In this document: positions 32,339 to 41,843 of the stretch, piece after piece
Layout: each line of letters starts with the position of its first letter
Position numbering within the stretch: the first letter of the stretch is position 1
NCBI RefSeq assembly: GCF_004353825.1
Contig: NZ_SMNA01000004.1
Coordinates: 372,001 to 436,000 of the forward strand
Reading direction: 5' to 3'
DNA: 64,000 bases
Origin: Occultella glacieicola
GTDB taxonomy: Bacteria > Actinomycetota > Actinomycetes > Actinomycetales > Beutenbergiaceae
Notes under the pieces: model-generated
Seen by the model: only the letters and a program-made list of their open reading frames with translations
Told to the model about the DNA's origin: nothing
Databases searched by the model: none
Position numbers and translations under genes: made by a program

Positions 32339-33661
32339 ATGGACAACCCCGGGTTGAAGCGGTTGACTCCTGCGGTGCCGCGCCTCCGCAACCCGATGAT
32401 CGCCACCCTCGTCAACCTCCGAGGCAACGGTCGCGCGGCCATCTACACCGAGCCCCTCTGGGGCCTTTCGATGATGCTGGTGCTGCCCTACGCCTCGGTG
32501 TACATGCTGGCCCTGGGCCTGAACGACCCCCAGATCGGCCTGCTGGCCACCATCTCGATCCTCTCGCAGGTGGTCTTCGGGCTGCTCAGCGGGGTGATCA
32601 CGGACAAGCTCGGGCGTCGCCGGACCACGGCGATCTTCGACATCATCGCCTGGGCGGTCCCCTGCCTGATCTGGGCGTTCGCGCAGGACTTCTGGTGGTT
32701 CCTGATCGCCTCCATCATCAACGGTGTCTGGCAGGTCACCCAGAACTCGTGGGACTGCCTGCTCGTGGAGGACGTCGACCGGTCCGAGATCCCCAAGGTC
32801 TACTCGCTGGTCAAGGTGGCGGGCGAGTTCTCGGCACTCTTCGCGCCGATCGCCGCTCTCCTGGTGGCGAACCTCGGCCTGGAACTCGCGGTGCGGATCC
32901 TCTACCTCAACGCGTTCGTGATCATCTCGCTGAAGGTCTGGCTCCTCTACCGGTACTCCACCGAGACGGCGACCGGGCTGGTCCGGATGGAGCAGACGCG
33001 CGGGATCAGCATCTGGAGATCGCTGTGGGAGTACCGCAGCGTGCTCGGGCTGATCGTCCGCTCGAAGGGCACCATCTTCTCCCTGGCGATCGCCGCGATC
33101 GTGGGCGCCGTGGTGCTCGTGAACGGCATCTTCTGGCAGGTGGTGGTCAACCAGCGTCTCGGCGTCCCCGACGCCCTCCTGCCGTTCTTCCCGATGATCC
33201 GCTCGCTGCTGTCCGTCGTGTTCTTCTTCACGATCATCCCGCGGCTGACCCATGCCAGCGCCCTGAAGATGCCGACGCTCATCGGTTTCTCCGTGTACCT
33301 CGCCGGGCAGTTGCTGCTGGTGAGCATCCCGGCCGCCGACGGCTCCGCCACGGCGTCGACCTACCTGCTCCTCGCCGGCTGCCTGCTGCTCGACGCGTTC
33401 GGCGCCGGGATCCTGTTCATGCTGTCGGAGTCGTTGGTCGCCCTGCACGTGGATCGCAACGAACGCTCCCGCGTGATGGCCATCCAACGCACCACGGTGA
33501 TGCTGGCCACCGCGCCCTTCGGCTGGATCAGCGGCTGGCTGTCCGGCATGGACCGGAACTGGCCGTTCCTGCTGACCTCGGTGCTGCTGGTGATCGGCCT
33601 CGTGGTCACGGCACGGTTCTGGACGACCACGCACGAGGAGACCCACGCCGTCGAGGCCTGA
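32339..33661 (+). CDS. MFS transporter (start uncertain)
   Basis: Motif A GVITDKLGRRRT; ~12 hydrophobic segments. Confidence 0.88.
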   Translation: MDNPGLKRLTPAVPRLRNPMIATLVNLRGNGRAAIYTEPLWGLSMMLVLPYASVYMLALGLNDPQIGLLATISILSQVVFGLLSGVITDKLGRRRTTAIFDIIAWAVPCLIWAFAQDFWWFLIASIINGVWQVTQNSWDCLLVEDVDRSEIPKVYSLVKVAGEFSALFAPIAALLVANLGLELAVRILYLNAFVIISLKVWLLYRYSTETATGLVRMEQTRGISIWRSLWEYRSVLGLIVRSKGTIFSLAIAAIVGAVVLVNGIFWQVVVNQRLGVPDALLPFFPMIRSLLSVVFFFTIIPRLTHASALKMPTLIGFSVYLAGQLLLVSIPAADGSATASTYLLLAGCLLLDAFGAGILFMLSESLVALHVDRNERSRVMAIQRTTVMLATAPFGWISGWLSGMDRNWPFLLTSVLLVIGLVVTARFWTTTHEETHAVEA

Positions 33662-33930
33662 CGCCGGCGGGCGGAGGACCACGGATGCTGAACACGTCCG
33701 GACAGATCACGGGCGACGGCGCAACGTCGGTTTTGTGCTGGATCCTCGCCGTGCGCGGACCAGGTCGGGCAGAACCATGGTCGACGGCGCAGCGTCGGTC
33801 GGTCGGTCGGGCCCGCTGCCCGCGTGGTCGAGACGGCCGGTCGGCTGGCCCGCCGGGCCGACCTGCAGCGGACCACGATCGCGGCGGAACTGAAAGCGAC
33901 CGCGACGTGTCCGAGGCCGGCAAGGCCCGG

Positions 33931-34015
33931 TCCTGTGGGTGCGGGCGTCCGACCGCTCGGGGTTCCGCAGCCAGGAACCTCCGCCCTCGCCTACGCCAGG
34001 GCGGTGGAGGGACAC
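33931..34015 (+). mobile_element. IS200/IS605 right-end / TnpB omegaRNA-like relic, no transposase
   Basis: TCCTGTGG...GACC...CAGGAA followed by hairpin CCTCCGCCCT/AGGGCGGTGGAGG. Confidence 0.45.
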
Positions 34016-34053
34016 CACCATGCACGCCGGTTCGACTCCGGCTGGCGTCTCCA
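34016..34053 (+). pseudogene. tRNA 3'-half remnant (Cys-like)
   Basis: T arm GCCGG-TTCGACT-CCGGC (34026-34042), 7-nt acceptor strand, U discriminator, CCA 34051-34053. Confidence 0.65.
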
Positions 34054-34186
34054 CGCCGGCGTTCGAGCCGTGCGACGCTTTACGAAGACAGCAAAGGAAA
34101 GCAAAGACGCCAAAGGGGAGCAACGATGGCACCGCCCCGGAACCCGGTCAAGCCGACCGTCGGTGCCCTACGCCCGCCGCTGTCGG

Positions 34187-35485
34187 TCACTCCGGCGTCG
34201 TGGTCACGTCCAGGTGGAGATCGGTGCCGGTGGCGCGCAGGATACGGCGCAGCGACGGGATCGTCGGGCTCACGGCATCCGCCTCGTACCTCGCGATCAT
34301 CGCCTGGGAGGTGCCCGCGGCTGTGGCCAGTGCCGACTGGGTCATGCCGGCCCGTGCGCGGGCGTCCCGGATCAGCATCGCCGGGCTCGGGGCCTCATAT
34401 CTGATCTGATATGGCACGGCCGGGTTGAATGCCGCTGCCCGGCCGAGGGTGCTCGATCGCACGACCAGCCGGTGTTTGACCACGGCCCGACGTGGCGGAG
34501 CCTCCGGCTCGGCGATCCTGGCGATGAGCAGGTTCAGGGCCTGGGTCGCGAAGTCGCTCATGTCCGGGGCGATCGTGGTCAGCGGTGGCCACGAGTACTC
34601 ACCTTCCGGTGCGTTGTCCCAGCCGAGCACCGCGACGTCGTCGGGCACGCGAAGCCCGAGTGAGGCGAGCGCGTGCAACGCTCCGACGGCGAGCAGGTCG
34701 GTGGCGCACAGCAGCGCGTCGGGCCGGGATCCCGACTCGAACGCCGCCAGCGTGCGTGCGAAACCCTCGGACCGGCTGAACTCGCTGGTCTCGATGCGGG
34801 TGAGCTCGGGCGGGTGCTGCTCGGTGGCCAGCACCTGCTCGATGCCCCCGATGCGCAGCGACGAGGCACGCCGATGGGAGGGGCCGATCTCATCGCCGAG
34901 GAAGGCCAGGCGGCGCCTGCCCAGGTTGAGCATGTGCCGGGTGGCCTCCCGCGCCGAGGCCCCGTTGTCGATGCTGACGTGGTCCAGACCCCCGGACTCG
35001 GGCTGTTCGCCGAGCAGAACGACCGGGGTATCGCTGCGCAGGGCACCGATCTCGGTGCCGGTCAGGCGCGACGGACTCAGCATGACGCCGTCGGTGAACC
35101 GCACCGCATAGCCGCGCGCGGCCGCCGTCTCCCTGGCGATCGAGTGCCCGGTCTCGTCGATGAGCACCGTGTAGTCGTCCTCGCGTGCGCGCTGCACGAT
35201 CGAGCGGGCCAGATCCGCGTAGTACGGCGTCTCGAGGTCGGGCACGGAGACCGCGAGCAGGCCGGTGCGGCCGTGACGGAGCTGACGTCCGGCCAGGTTC
35301 GCGCGGTAGCCCAGTTCCGCGATCGCCCGCTCGACGCGTCGCCTCGTCGCCGGCCCCACGTTCGGGCGGCCGTGGATGACGTTCGAGACCGTCTTCCACG
35401 AGACCCCCGCCGCGGCGGCCACGTCCTTGATGCCGACGGAACGTGGCTGGGACTGACGCGCAGACGGATATGTCGGATCTGACAT
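34187..35485 (-). CDS. LacI-family regulator reading through in frame into an Xre-type HTH (34187-34378)
   Basis: IKDVAAAAGVSWKTVSNV ... PPLTTI ... LVVRSST then, with no stop, MLIRDARARAGMTQSALATAAGTSQAMIARYE. Confidence 0.85.
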   Translation of the reverse strand: MSDPTYPSARQSQPRSVGIKDVAAAAGVSWKTVSNVIHGRPNVGPATRRRVERAIAELGYRANLAGRQLRHGRTGLLAVSVPDLETPYYADLARSIVQRAREDDYTVLIDETGHSIARETAAARGYAVRFTDGVMLSPSRLTGTEIGALRSDTPVVLLGEQPESGGLDHVSIDNGASAREATRHMLNLGRRRLAFLGDEIGPSHRRASSLRIGGIEQVLATEQHPPELTRIETSEFSRSEGFARTLAAFESGSRPDALLCATDLLAVGALHALASLGLRVPDDVAVLGWDNAPEGEYSWPPLTTIAPDMSDFATQALNLLIARIAEPEAPPRRAVVKHRLVVRSSTLGRAAAFNPAVPYQIRYEAPSPAMLIRDARARAGMTQSALATAAGTSQAMIARYEADAVSPTIPSLRRILRATGTDLHLDVTTTPE

Positions 35486-35547
35486 ACCGAAGACCCTATA
35501 CGGCGGCTCACCGGAACTCAGGCCTCCATGGACACGCAATTCCCTGC

Positions 35548-35593
35548 TTGACAGCGTCGTCCGTGCTCATGCCACACTCGTCTAACGTTGTAC
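35548..35593 (+). promoter_or_regulatory. Putative promoter (TTGACA / CACACT) and LacI-type operator TCTAACGTTGTA
   Basis: Between divergent lacI and ABC operon; central AACGTT is typical of LacI sites. Confidence 0.6.
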
Positions 35594-35627
35594 TGCTTGT
35601 CACCGCAGCCAGGCCCCTAGGAGAACC

Positions 35628-36920
35628 GTGAAATCCACTCGGCGCACCCACCGCCACGCCCCGATGACCATCCTCGCCACCTGCGCCGCCCTCACGCTCG
35701 CTGCGTGCGGGGTGGGCGGGGGTCCCGACGAATCAGGTGACGGGGGAGCGGCCGACCCGTCGGCCCCGATCCGAGCCGCCTGGTGGGGGGAGGACAACCA
35801 GAACCAGGCACTGGACGCGGCCATCACCGCGTTCACCGAGGCCGGGGGCCCGCAGGTCTCCGTCGAGCCGCAGCCCTGGGACGGCTACTGGGACAAGCTC
35901 GCTACCCAGGTGGCGGGCCGGGACATCCCCGACGTCGTGATGCAGGCGGCCAGCCAGTTGCCCACCTACGCCGATCGGGACGCGCTGCTCGACCTCTCCG
36001 ACGTCGAGCTCGACCTGAGCGGACTCGATGAGGGCATCCGGGACTTCGGCGCGGTCGGAGAGGAGACCTTCGGCGTGGTCGCCGCGACCAATGCCACCGG
36101 CTTCGTCACCAACGCGGACCTCTTGGCGGACCTCGGCGTCGCCGTGCCGGAGGGTGACTGGAGCTGGGACGACCTCAGCGCGTGGGCCGACGAGGTCCAC
36201 ACCGCCAGCGGGGGCGAGACCTGGGGCGTCCAGGACGGTGGTGGGGACATGATCCTGTTCATCCTCTACGTGCGTGACAGCGGCCGTGAGTTCTACAACG
36301 ACGACGGATCGATCAACGCCACCCCCGAGGACCTGCACGCCTGGTTCCAGCTCTGGGCCGACATGCGCGAGAGCGGCGCCGTTCCGCCGGCGGAGGCCAC
36401 CGCCGAGGCGAGCGGCAACCTGCCCGGCAGCCCGTTGGCCAGTGGCCGCGCCGCCGCGACGTTCGCCTGGACCCAGGACTACGTCGCGCTCCAGTCGGTG
36501 ACCGATGCGGCCCTCGACATCGGCCTCCCGCCGCACAACTCCGAGAACCCCAGCCTCTGGATCAACGCGGCCAGCCTCTGGTCGATCTCGGCGTGGTCGG
36601 AGAACCCGCAGGGCGCCGCCGACCTGATCGATCACCTCGTCAACGACCCCGAGGCGGTCGAGACGCTCGGGGTGTCGCTCGGCATCCCGCCGACCGCGGC
36701 CGCCCGCGAACAGCTGGTGGACCTGGTCAGCGACCAGGAGCGACCCGCCGTCGAGTACATGGACCTGGTCGCGGAGAACTCGCGTCCGCTGAACCGGTTG
36801 TGGCCCGACGGGTTCGCGACCTCACGCACCCTGTTCGACCAGCTCGACGAGTCGGTCGCGTTCGGAGAGATGACGATCGACGAGGCCGTGGATGCGTTCT
36901 TCGCAGACGCTGAAGGCTGA
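35628..36920 (+). CDS. Sugar ABC transporter substrate-binding lipoprotein
   Basis: Lipobox LAAC, AWWG, WDGYWDKLATQVAG..PDV. Confidence 0.92.
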   Translation: MKSTRRTHRHAPMTILATCAALTLAACGVGGGPDESGDGGAADPSAPIRAAWWGEDNQNQALDAAITAFTEAGGPQVSVEPQPWDGYWDKLATQVAGRDIPDVVMQAASQLPTYADRDALLDLSDVELDLSGLDEGIRDFGAVGEETFGVVAATNATGFVTNADLLADLGVAVPEGDWSWDDLSAWADEVHTASGGETWGVQDGGGDMILFILYVRDSGREFYNDDGSINATPEDLHAWFQLWADMRESGAVPPAEATAEASGNLPGSPLASGRAAATFAWTQDYVALQSVTDAALDIGLPPHNSENPSLWINAASLWSISAWSENPQGAADLIDHLVNDPEAVETLGVSLGIPPTAAAREQLVDLVSDQERPAVEYMDLVAENSRPLNRLWPDGFATSRTLFDQLDESVAFGEMTIDEAVDAFFADAEG

Positions 36921-37932
36921 GCAGGCGGCGCCCGGGGCCGCCGGGCCGGCCGAGCCCGCGGGATCGAGCGTGCTCGACGGGCCCAACGGGCCCGGTCGGT
37001 CGGCGGACACGGCGAGCGGCCGGGCACGCAAGGCCCGGCGCTCGCCGCGCCAACGGGGTGAGGCTCGGGCCGGCTACCTCTTCCTGTTGCCCTGGTTCGC
37101 CGGCCTGGTTGGCCTGGTGCTGGGCCCGATGCTGGTCTCGGCGTACCTGTCGTTCACGGAGTACGACCTGTTCAACGACCCGGTCTGGGTGGGTCTGGAC
37201 AACTACCGCACGATGTTCACCGAGGACCCGCGCTACCTGAAGTCGCTGCAGGTCACGTTCACCTACGTACTGGCCTCGGTGCCGTTGCGGTTGGTCGTCG
37301 CCCTCGGGCTGGCCCTGCTGATGAACCGGGCGGTGCGGGGGATGTCGTTCTACCGTGCGGTGCTGTACCTGCCCTCCCTCCTCGGCGGGAGCGTCGCCAT
37401 CGCCGTGCTGTGGCGGCAGCTGTTCGGCGGGGAGGGCGCGGTCAACCAGATCCTGGCGCTGGTCGGCATCGACGGGCCGAACTGGATCGCCTCCCCGGAC
37501 ACCTCGTTGCTGACGATCATCGTGCTGGCGGTCTGGCAGTTCGGCTCCCCGATGGTGATCTTCCTCGCCGGCCTGCGGCAGATCCCGCAGGAGGTGCTGG
37601 AGGCGGCCCGCGTCGACGGCGCGGGCGCGGTGCGGCGCTTCTTCTCGGTGGTGCTGCCACTGCTCACGCCGCTGGTGTTCTTCAACGTGATCATGCAGAC
37701 GATCGTCGCCTTCCAGGCGTTCACACCGTCGTTCATCATCTCGAACGGCACCGGCGGCCCGGTGGACTCGACCCTCTTCTACACGCTCTACCTCTACATC
37801 AAGGGATTCAGCGAGTTCCAGATGGGCTACGCCTCGGCGATGGCCTGGGTGCTCGTGGCCATCATCGCGATCTTCACCGCCGTCAACTTCCTCGGCGCCC
37901 GCCGCTGGGTGTTCTACGGAGACGAGTCATGA
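36892..37932 (+). CDS. Carbohydrate ABC transporter permease (true start probably slightly downstream)
   Basis: GLDNY, EAA motif LEAARVDGAG. Confidence 0.9.
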   Translation: MRSSQTLKAEQAAPGAAGPAEPAGSSVLDGPNGPGRSADTASGRARKARRSPRQRGEARAGYLFLLPWFAGLVGLVLGPMLVSAYLSFTEYDLFNDPVWVGLDNYRTMFTEDPRYLKSLQVTFTYVLASVPLRLVVALGLALLMNRAVRGMSFYRAVLYLPSLLGGSVAIAVLWRQLFGGEGAVNQILALVGIDGPNWIASPDTSLLTIIVLAVWQFGSPMVIFLAGLRQIPQEVLEAARVDGAGAVRRFFSVVLPLLTPLVFFNVIMQTIVAFQAFTPSFIISNGTGGPVDSTLFYTLYLYIKGFSEFQMGYASAMAWVLVAIIAIFTAVNFLGARRWVFYGDES

Positions 37933-38822
37933 CCACAGCGACCCTCGACCGTCGCGAGGCGCCGCGCACACGGGCGCGACCGAACAAGCGCCCGACGCCG
38001 TTGCGCACCATCGCGTGGCACGGACTGATGGTCCTCGTCTGCGTCGTCTCGATCTACCCGCTGCTGTGGATGGCACGGAGCTCGGTGGTGCCGGAGACGG
38101 AGATCTTCTCGAGTCCCTCGGTGATCCCGTCGAGCATCGACCTCTCGAACTACCCCGCGGGGTGGGTCGCTAACCCACCCGGATTCGGGCAGTTCATGCT
38201 GAACTCGCTGATCATCTGCGTGGGCGCCGTGCTCGGCAACCTGATCGCCTGCACGCTGGCGGCCTACGCGTTCGCCCGGCTGCGGTTCCCGCTCAAGGGG
38301 CTGTGGTTCACGGTGATGCTCGGCACCATGATGCTGCCGGGGCACGTCACCCTGATCCCGCAGTACGCGCTGTTCTCCGCCGTCGACTGGGTCGGCACCT
38401 ACCTGCCGTTGATCGTGCCGAAGTTCCTGGCCACCGACGCGTTCTTCATCTTCCTGCTGATCCAGTTCATGCGGGGCATCCCGCGTGAGCTCGACGAGGC
38501 CGCCGAGATCGACGGCGCCGGCCGGTGGCGCACGTTCCGCTCGGTGATGCTCCCGCTCACCGTGCCGGCCCTGGCCACCACGGCGGTGTTCACCTTCATC
38601 TGGACCTACGAGGACTTCCTCGGGCCGCTGATCTATCTCAGCGACCTGAACGACTACCCGGTGCCGCTCGGGCTGCGGATGTTCGTCAACGCGATGGGGA
38701 ACTCCTCCTACGGGCAGCTCTTCGCGATGTCACTGCTCTCGCTGCTGCCGGTCTTCATCACCTTCCTGCTCTTCCAACGCAAGCTCATCCAGGGCATCGC
38801 CACCACCGGGCTCAAGGGATGA
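37929..38822 (+). CDS. Carbohydrate ABC transporter permease
   Basis: AAYAFARLRF, ELDEAAEIDGAG, FQRKLIQGIATTGLKG; ATGA overlap. Confidence 0.92.
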   Translation: MTTATLDRREAPRTRARPNKRPTPLRTIAWHGLMVLVCVVSIYPLLWMARSSVVPETEIFSSPSVIPSSIDLSNYPAGWVANPPGFGQFMLNSLIICVGAVLGNLIACTLAAYAFARLRFPLKGLWFTVMLGTMMLPGHVTLIPQYALFSAVDWVGTYLPLIVPKFLATDAFFIFLLIQFMRGIPRELDEAAEIDGAGRWRTFRSVMLPLTVPALATTAVFTFIWTYEDFLGPLIYLSDLNDYPVPLGLRMFVNAMGNSSYGQLFAMSLLSLLPVFITFLLFQRKLIQGIATTGLKG

Positions 38823-38865
38823 CCCCGGAACGCCCGTCCACCACCACACCAGTTGAGGAACCCAC

Positions 38866-41193
38866 GTGATCACCCGTCAGGAAACGTTCCAGGTCGTCGT
38901 CTGCGGCGGCGGGCTCGCCGGCGTCAGCGCCGCCGTCGCCGCCGCCCGCCTCGGCCTCTCGACCGTGCTCGTCCAGGACCGTCCGGTCCTCGGCGGCAAC
39001 AGCTCCTCCGAGGTCCGGGTGGTGCCCCGCGGCTCCGCGAACTACCACGGGTACGCCAGGGAGACCGGGATCATCGGGGACCTGCTCGAACAGGAACGCC
39101 TGCTCAACCACGAGGAGATCTTCGAGAACGGCTTCACCAACAGCGTCTGGGACCTGACCATGTACGACCTGGTCGAGCGGACCCCCGGGCTCGAGCTGCG
39201 GCTGAACACCGCCGTGCGCGAGGTGAGCGTCGCCGACGACGGCCGCATCGACGCCGTCGTCGGCTACACGGCCAGCGCCGAGACCGAGACGACGTTCCAC
39301 GGGCAGGTGTTCGTGGACTGCACCGGCGACGGCGTGGTCGCCGCGCTCGCCGGTGCCCCGTGGCGGATGGGCACCGAGGCGCGCTCGGAGTTCGACGAGC
39401 CGCACGCCCCGCTCGAGGCCTCCGACGACGTGATGGGCAACTCCATCCACATCAAGACCAAGGACGTCGGCCGTCCCGTGGACTTCACGCTCCCGGACTG
39501 GGCGGTCAGCTACGACGACGCCGCGTTCTTCTACAAGGGCGGTCGCAAGCCGTCCACCCTCAAGGGCGGGTACTGGTGGATCGAGATCGGCGTCCCGTGG
39601 CACACCATCCACGACGCCGAGACGATCCGGCACGAACTGACCCGGCACGCCCTGGGTGTCTGGGACTGGGTCAAGAACAAGGACCCCAAGCTGCGCGAGC
39701 AGGCCCGCACCTACGCCCTGGACTGGATCGGGCAGGTCCCCGGCAAGCGGGAGAGCCGGCGGATCATGGGCCAACACCTGCTCACCGAGGGCGACCTGAT
39801 CCGCCCGGAGCCGTTCGCGGACGAGATCGCCTACGGCGGCTGGAACATCGACCTGCACACCCCCGGCGGCCTGCTCGCCGCCACCAGCGAGCCCACGGCC
39901 GCGGAAGGACATGAGACCACCGCACCGGCCGCCGTCGCCGCCTACGTCGGCCCGTTCGGCGTGCCGCTGCGCTCCCTGATCGCCCTCGAGGTCCCGAACC
40001 TGCTGATGGCCGGGCGCAACGTCTCCGCGACCCACGTGGCCCTCGGCTCCGTCCGCGTCCAGGCCACCACCGCGATCATGGGCCAGGCCGCAGGCACCGC
40101 CGCGGCCGTCGCCGTCCGGGACGGTGTGCCCGTGCACGAGGTCGCCACCCGGTCGATCGACACCGTCCAGCAGCAGCTGCTGCGCGACGGCGCGTTCCTG
40201 CCGAGCGTGCGCAACACCGACGCCGAGGACCTGGCCCGCCGGGCCCGGGTCAGCGCCTCGTCCACGGCACTCACCTACGGCGCGGGGCCGAAGTCCGTGG
40301 GCGTGGACGGCGGGCTCGCGAACCACTCCAAGCCCACCGGCGACCCGCTGGCTGAGGTGCGCGGGCAGTGGATCGCCGTCGAGGTGGGCGCCGGCGCCCC
40401 GGGTCTGCGTGAGGTCGCGGTCTGCCTTTCGAACTCGTCCGCCGCGCCGCGCACCCTGGCGGCGACCCTGCGCGCCGTCGACCACATCTGGGACTACCGG
40501 ATCGACGACGCACCGGCCCTTGCCAAGACGGACCTGGTGGTGCCGCCGGGCGAGCGCGTCTGGGTGCCGTGGGAGATCGACCTGGCCGCCGCGGAGCTGG
40601 GCGCGAGCGCGGACGGCGACGTGCGCTACGTCCGCCTCGACCTGGACGCCGACCCGCAGATCTCCTGGCACCGCGCCGGCATCGTGGTGCCCGGCTGCCT
40701 CTCGGCGGTGCGGATCAGTTCGGGGCGGATGCGCCGCTATCTGGACGCGATCACCCTGTCCCACCGGATCGACCCGCCGCAGGCCGCCTACCCGGCGTCC
40801 GAGGTGCTCACCGGCGTCACCCGGCCGCACCGTTCGACGAACCTCTGGCGCTCCGACCCCGCGCAGGTCATGGACCAGTGGGTCCAGTTGGAGTGGGACC
40901 ACCCGCAGCCGATCGGCCGGATCGAGCTGACCTTCGCCGGCAGCCTGCTGCGCGAGTACGACCGGTACCCGCCCGGCTACCGCGACCCGCAGACCGTCCG
41001 GGCCTACTCGATCGAGGTCTCCGACGGAGAGGGTGAGTTCCGCCGGGTGCTGACGGTGGAGGAGAACGCGAGCCGCCGCCGCCAGCACGACCTGCCCGAG
41101 CCGGTGCAGGCCACGAGACTGCGGCTCGTGGTGCACGCGACGAACGGCGACCCCGCGGCCGCCGTCGCCGAGATTCGGTGCTACGTGCGGTAG
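38866..41193 (+). CDS. FAD-dependent oxidoreductase with C-terminal discoidin/galactose-binding-like domain
   Basis: VVCGGGLAG, QDRPVLGGNSSSE, DCTGDG, KRESRR, NLLMAGR; C-term QWVQLEW...VAEIRCY. Confidence 0.85.
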   Translation: MITRQETFQVVVCGGGLAGVSAAVAAARLGLSTVLVQDRPVLGGNSSSEVRVVPRGSANYHGYARETGIIGDLLEQERLLNHEEIFENGFTNSVWDLTMYDLVERTPGLELRLNTAVREVSVADDGRIDAVVGYTASAETETTFHGQVFVDCTGDGVVAALAGAPWRMGTEARSEFDEPHAPLEASDDVMGNSIHIKTKDVGRPVDFTLPDWAVSYDDAAFFYKGGRKPSTLKGGYWWIEIGVPWHTIHDAETIRHELTRHALGVWDWVKNKDPKLREQARTYALDWIGQVPGKRESRRIMGQHLLTEGDLIRPEPFADEIAYGGWNIDLHTPGGLLAATSEPTAAEGHETTAPAAVAAYVGPFGVPLRSLIALEVPNLLMAGRNVSATHVALGSVRVQATTAIMGQAAGTAAAVAVRDGVPVHEVATRSIDTVQQQLLRDGAFLPSVRNTDAEDLARRARVSASSTALTYGAGPKSVGVDGGLANHSKPTGDPLAEVRGQWIAVEVGAGAPGLREVAVCLSNSSAAPRTLAATLRAVDHIWDYRIDDAPALAKTDLVVPPGERVWVPWEIDLAAAELGASADGDVRYVRLDLDADPQISWHRAGIVVPGCLSAVRISSGRMRRYLDAITLSHRIDPPQAAYPASEVLTGVTRPHRSTNLWRSDPAQVMDQWVQLEWDHPQPIGRIELTFAGSLLREYDRYPPGYRDPQTVRAYSIEVSDGEGEFRRVLTVEENASRRRQHDLPEPVQATRLRLVVHATNGDPAAAVAEIRCYVR

Positions 41194-41301
41194 CCGCTTG
41201 CTGGACGGTGCTGGGCGGCCGGGGCCGGGAGCAGACGCCGTGCAAGACTGCTCCCGGCACCCGCGGTCGACGACTCGCACCCCACCACGAGAGGCTTGCC
41301 G

Positions 41302-41826
41302 ATGATCCCCGAGGACCTCGCGCTCTGGCGCCGCCTGCAGGATGCGGGCACGTCGAACCCTTGGTCGGAGGCCCTGCGGCTCCTGGCCGACGACGAGCAG
41401 CCGCCGGCACTGGACACCAGCTACCTGACCGCCGAGGACCTGGCGAACCCCGACGTCGCCGCCAACGTCCGGGCGATCGCGGAGACGGCCGCGCTGATCA
41501 CCTGGGTCGCCCAGGACGAGGACGAGGGCCAGGCGTTCGGCTACTGGCGTGGCCCGAACGACATCCCGCTCGCCGAGGCGGCCGTCGTCAGTTTCGACAC
41601 CGAAGGGCAGTTCCACCTCCTCCGGGGAACCAGCCTCAGCGAGGCGCTGAGCGACGAGTACGGCCAGTGGGCCGACGACGGCTACCCCGGCGTGGTGGCG
41701 CAGTGCCGGGCCCAGGGCGTCACGATCAGCGCCGACGACCCCGACGACCTCCCCGAACCCACGGTGTCGCCGACCCCCGCGGAGCACCACGTCGCGCGCT
41801 GCCGCGACCTGCTCGCCGGCAATTGA
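41302..41826 (+). CDS. Hypothetical acidic protein, possibly SUKH/SMI1-like immunity protein
   Basis: GC3-biased ORF; FGYWRGP..VVSFDTEGQF. Confidence 0.6.
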   Translation: MIPEDLALWRRLQDAGTSNPWSEALRLLADDEQPPALDTSYLTAEDLANPDVAANVRAIAETAALITWVAQDEDEGQAFGYWRGPNDIPLAEAAVVSFDTEGQFHLLRGTSLSEALSDEYGQWADDGYPGVVAQCRAQGVTISADDPDDLPEPTVSPTPAEHHVARCRDLLAGN

Positions 41827-41843
41827 ACGCGGAGACCAGCGCC

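Noticed and set aside
33824..34020. TnpB coding remnant (DRDV..., AARNL, CG.GVRP-like words)
   Set aside because: Motifs are not contiguous or in one frame, with no Zn finger or RuvC context; only the RNA-level resemblance was kept.
38812..41790. 992-aa minus-strand ORF (and similar long antisense ORFs such as 4732-7029, 28148-30649, 15149-17176)
   Set aside because: Shadow ORFs opposite well-supported genes, expected in high-GC DNA; no motifs.
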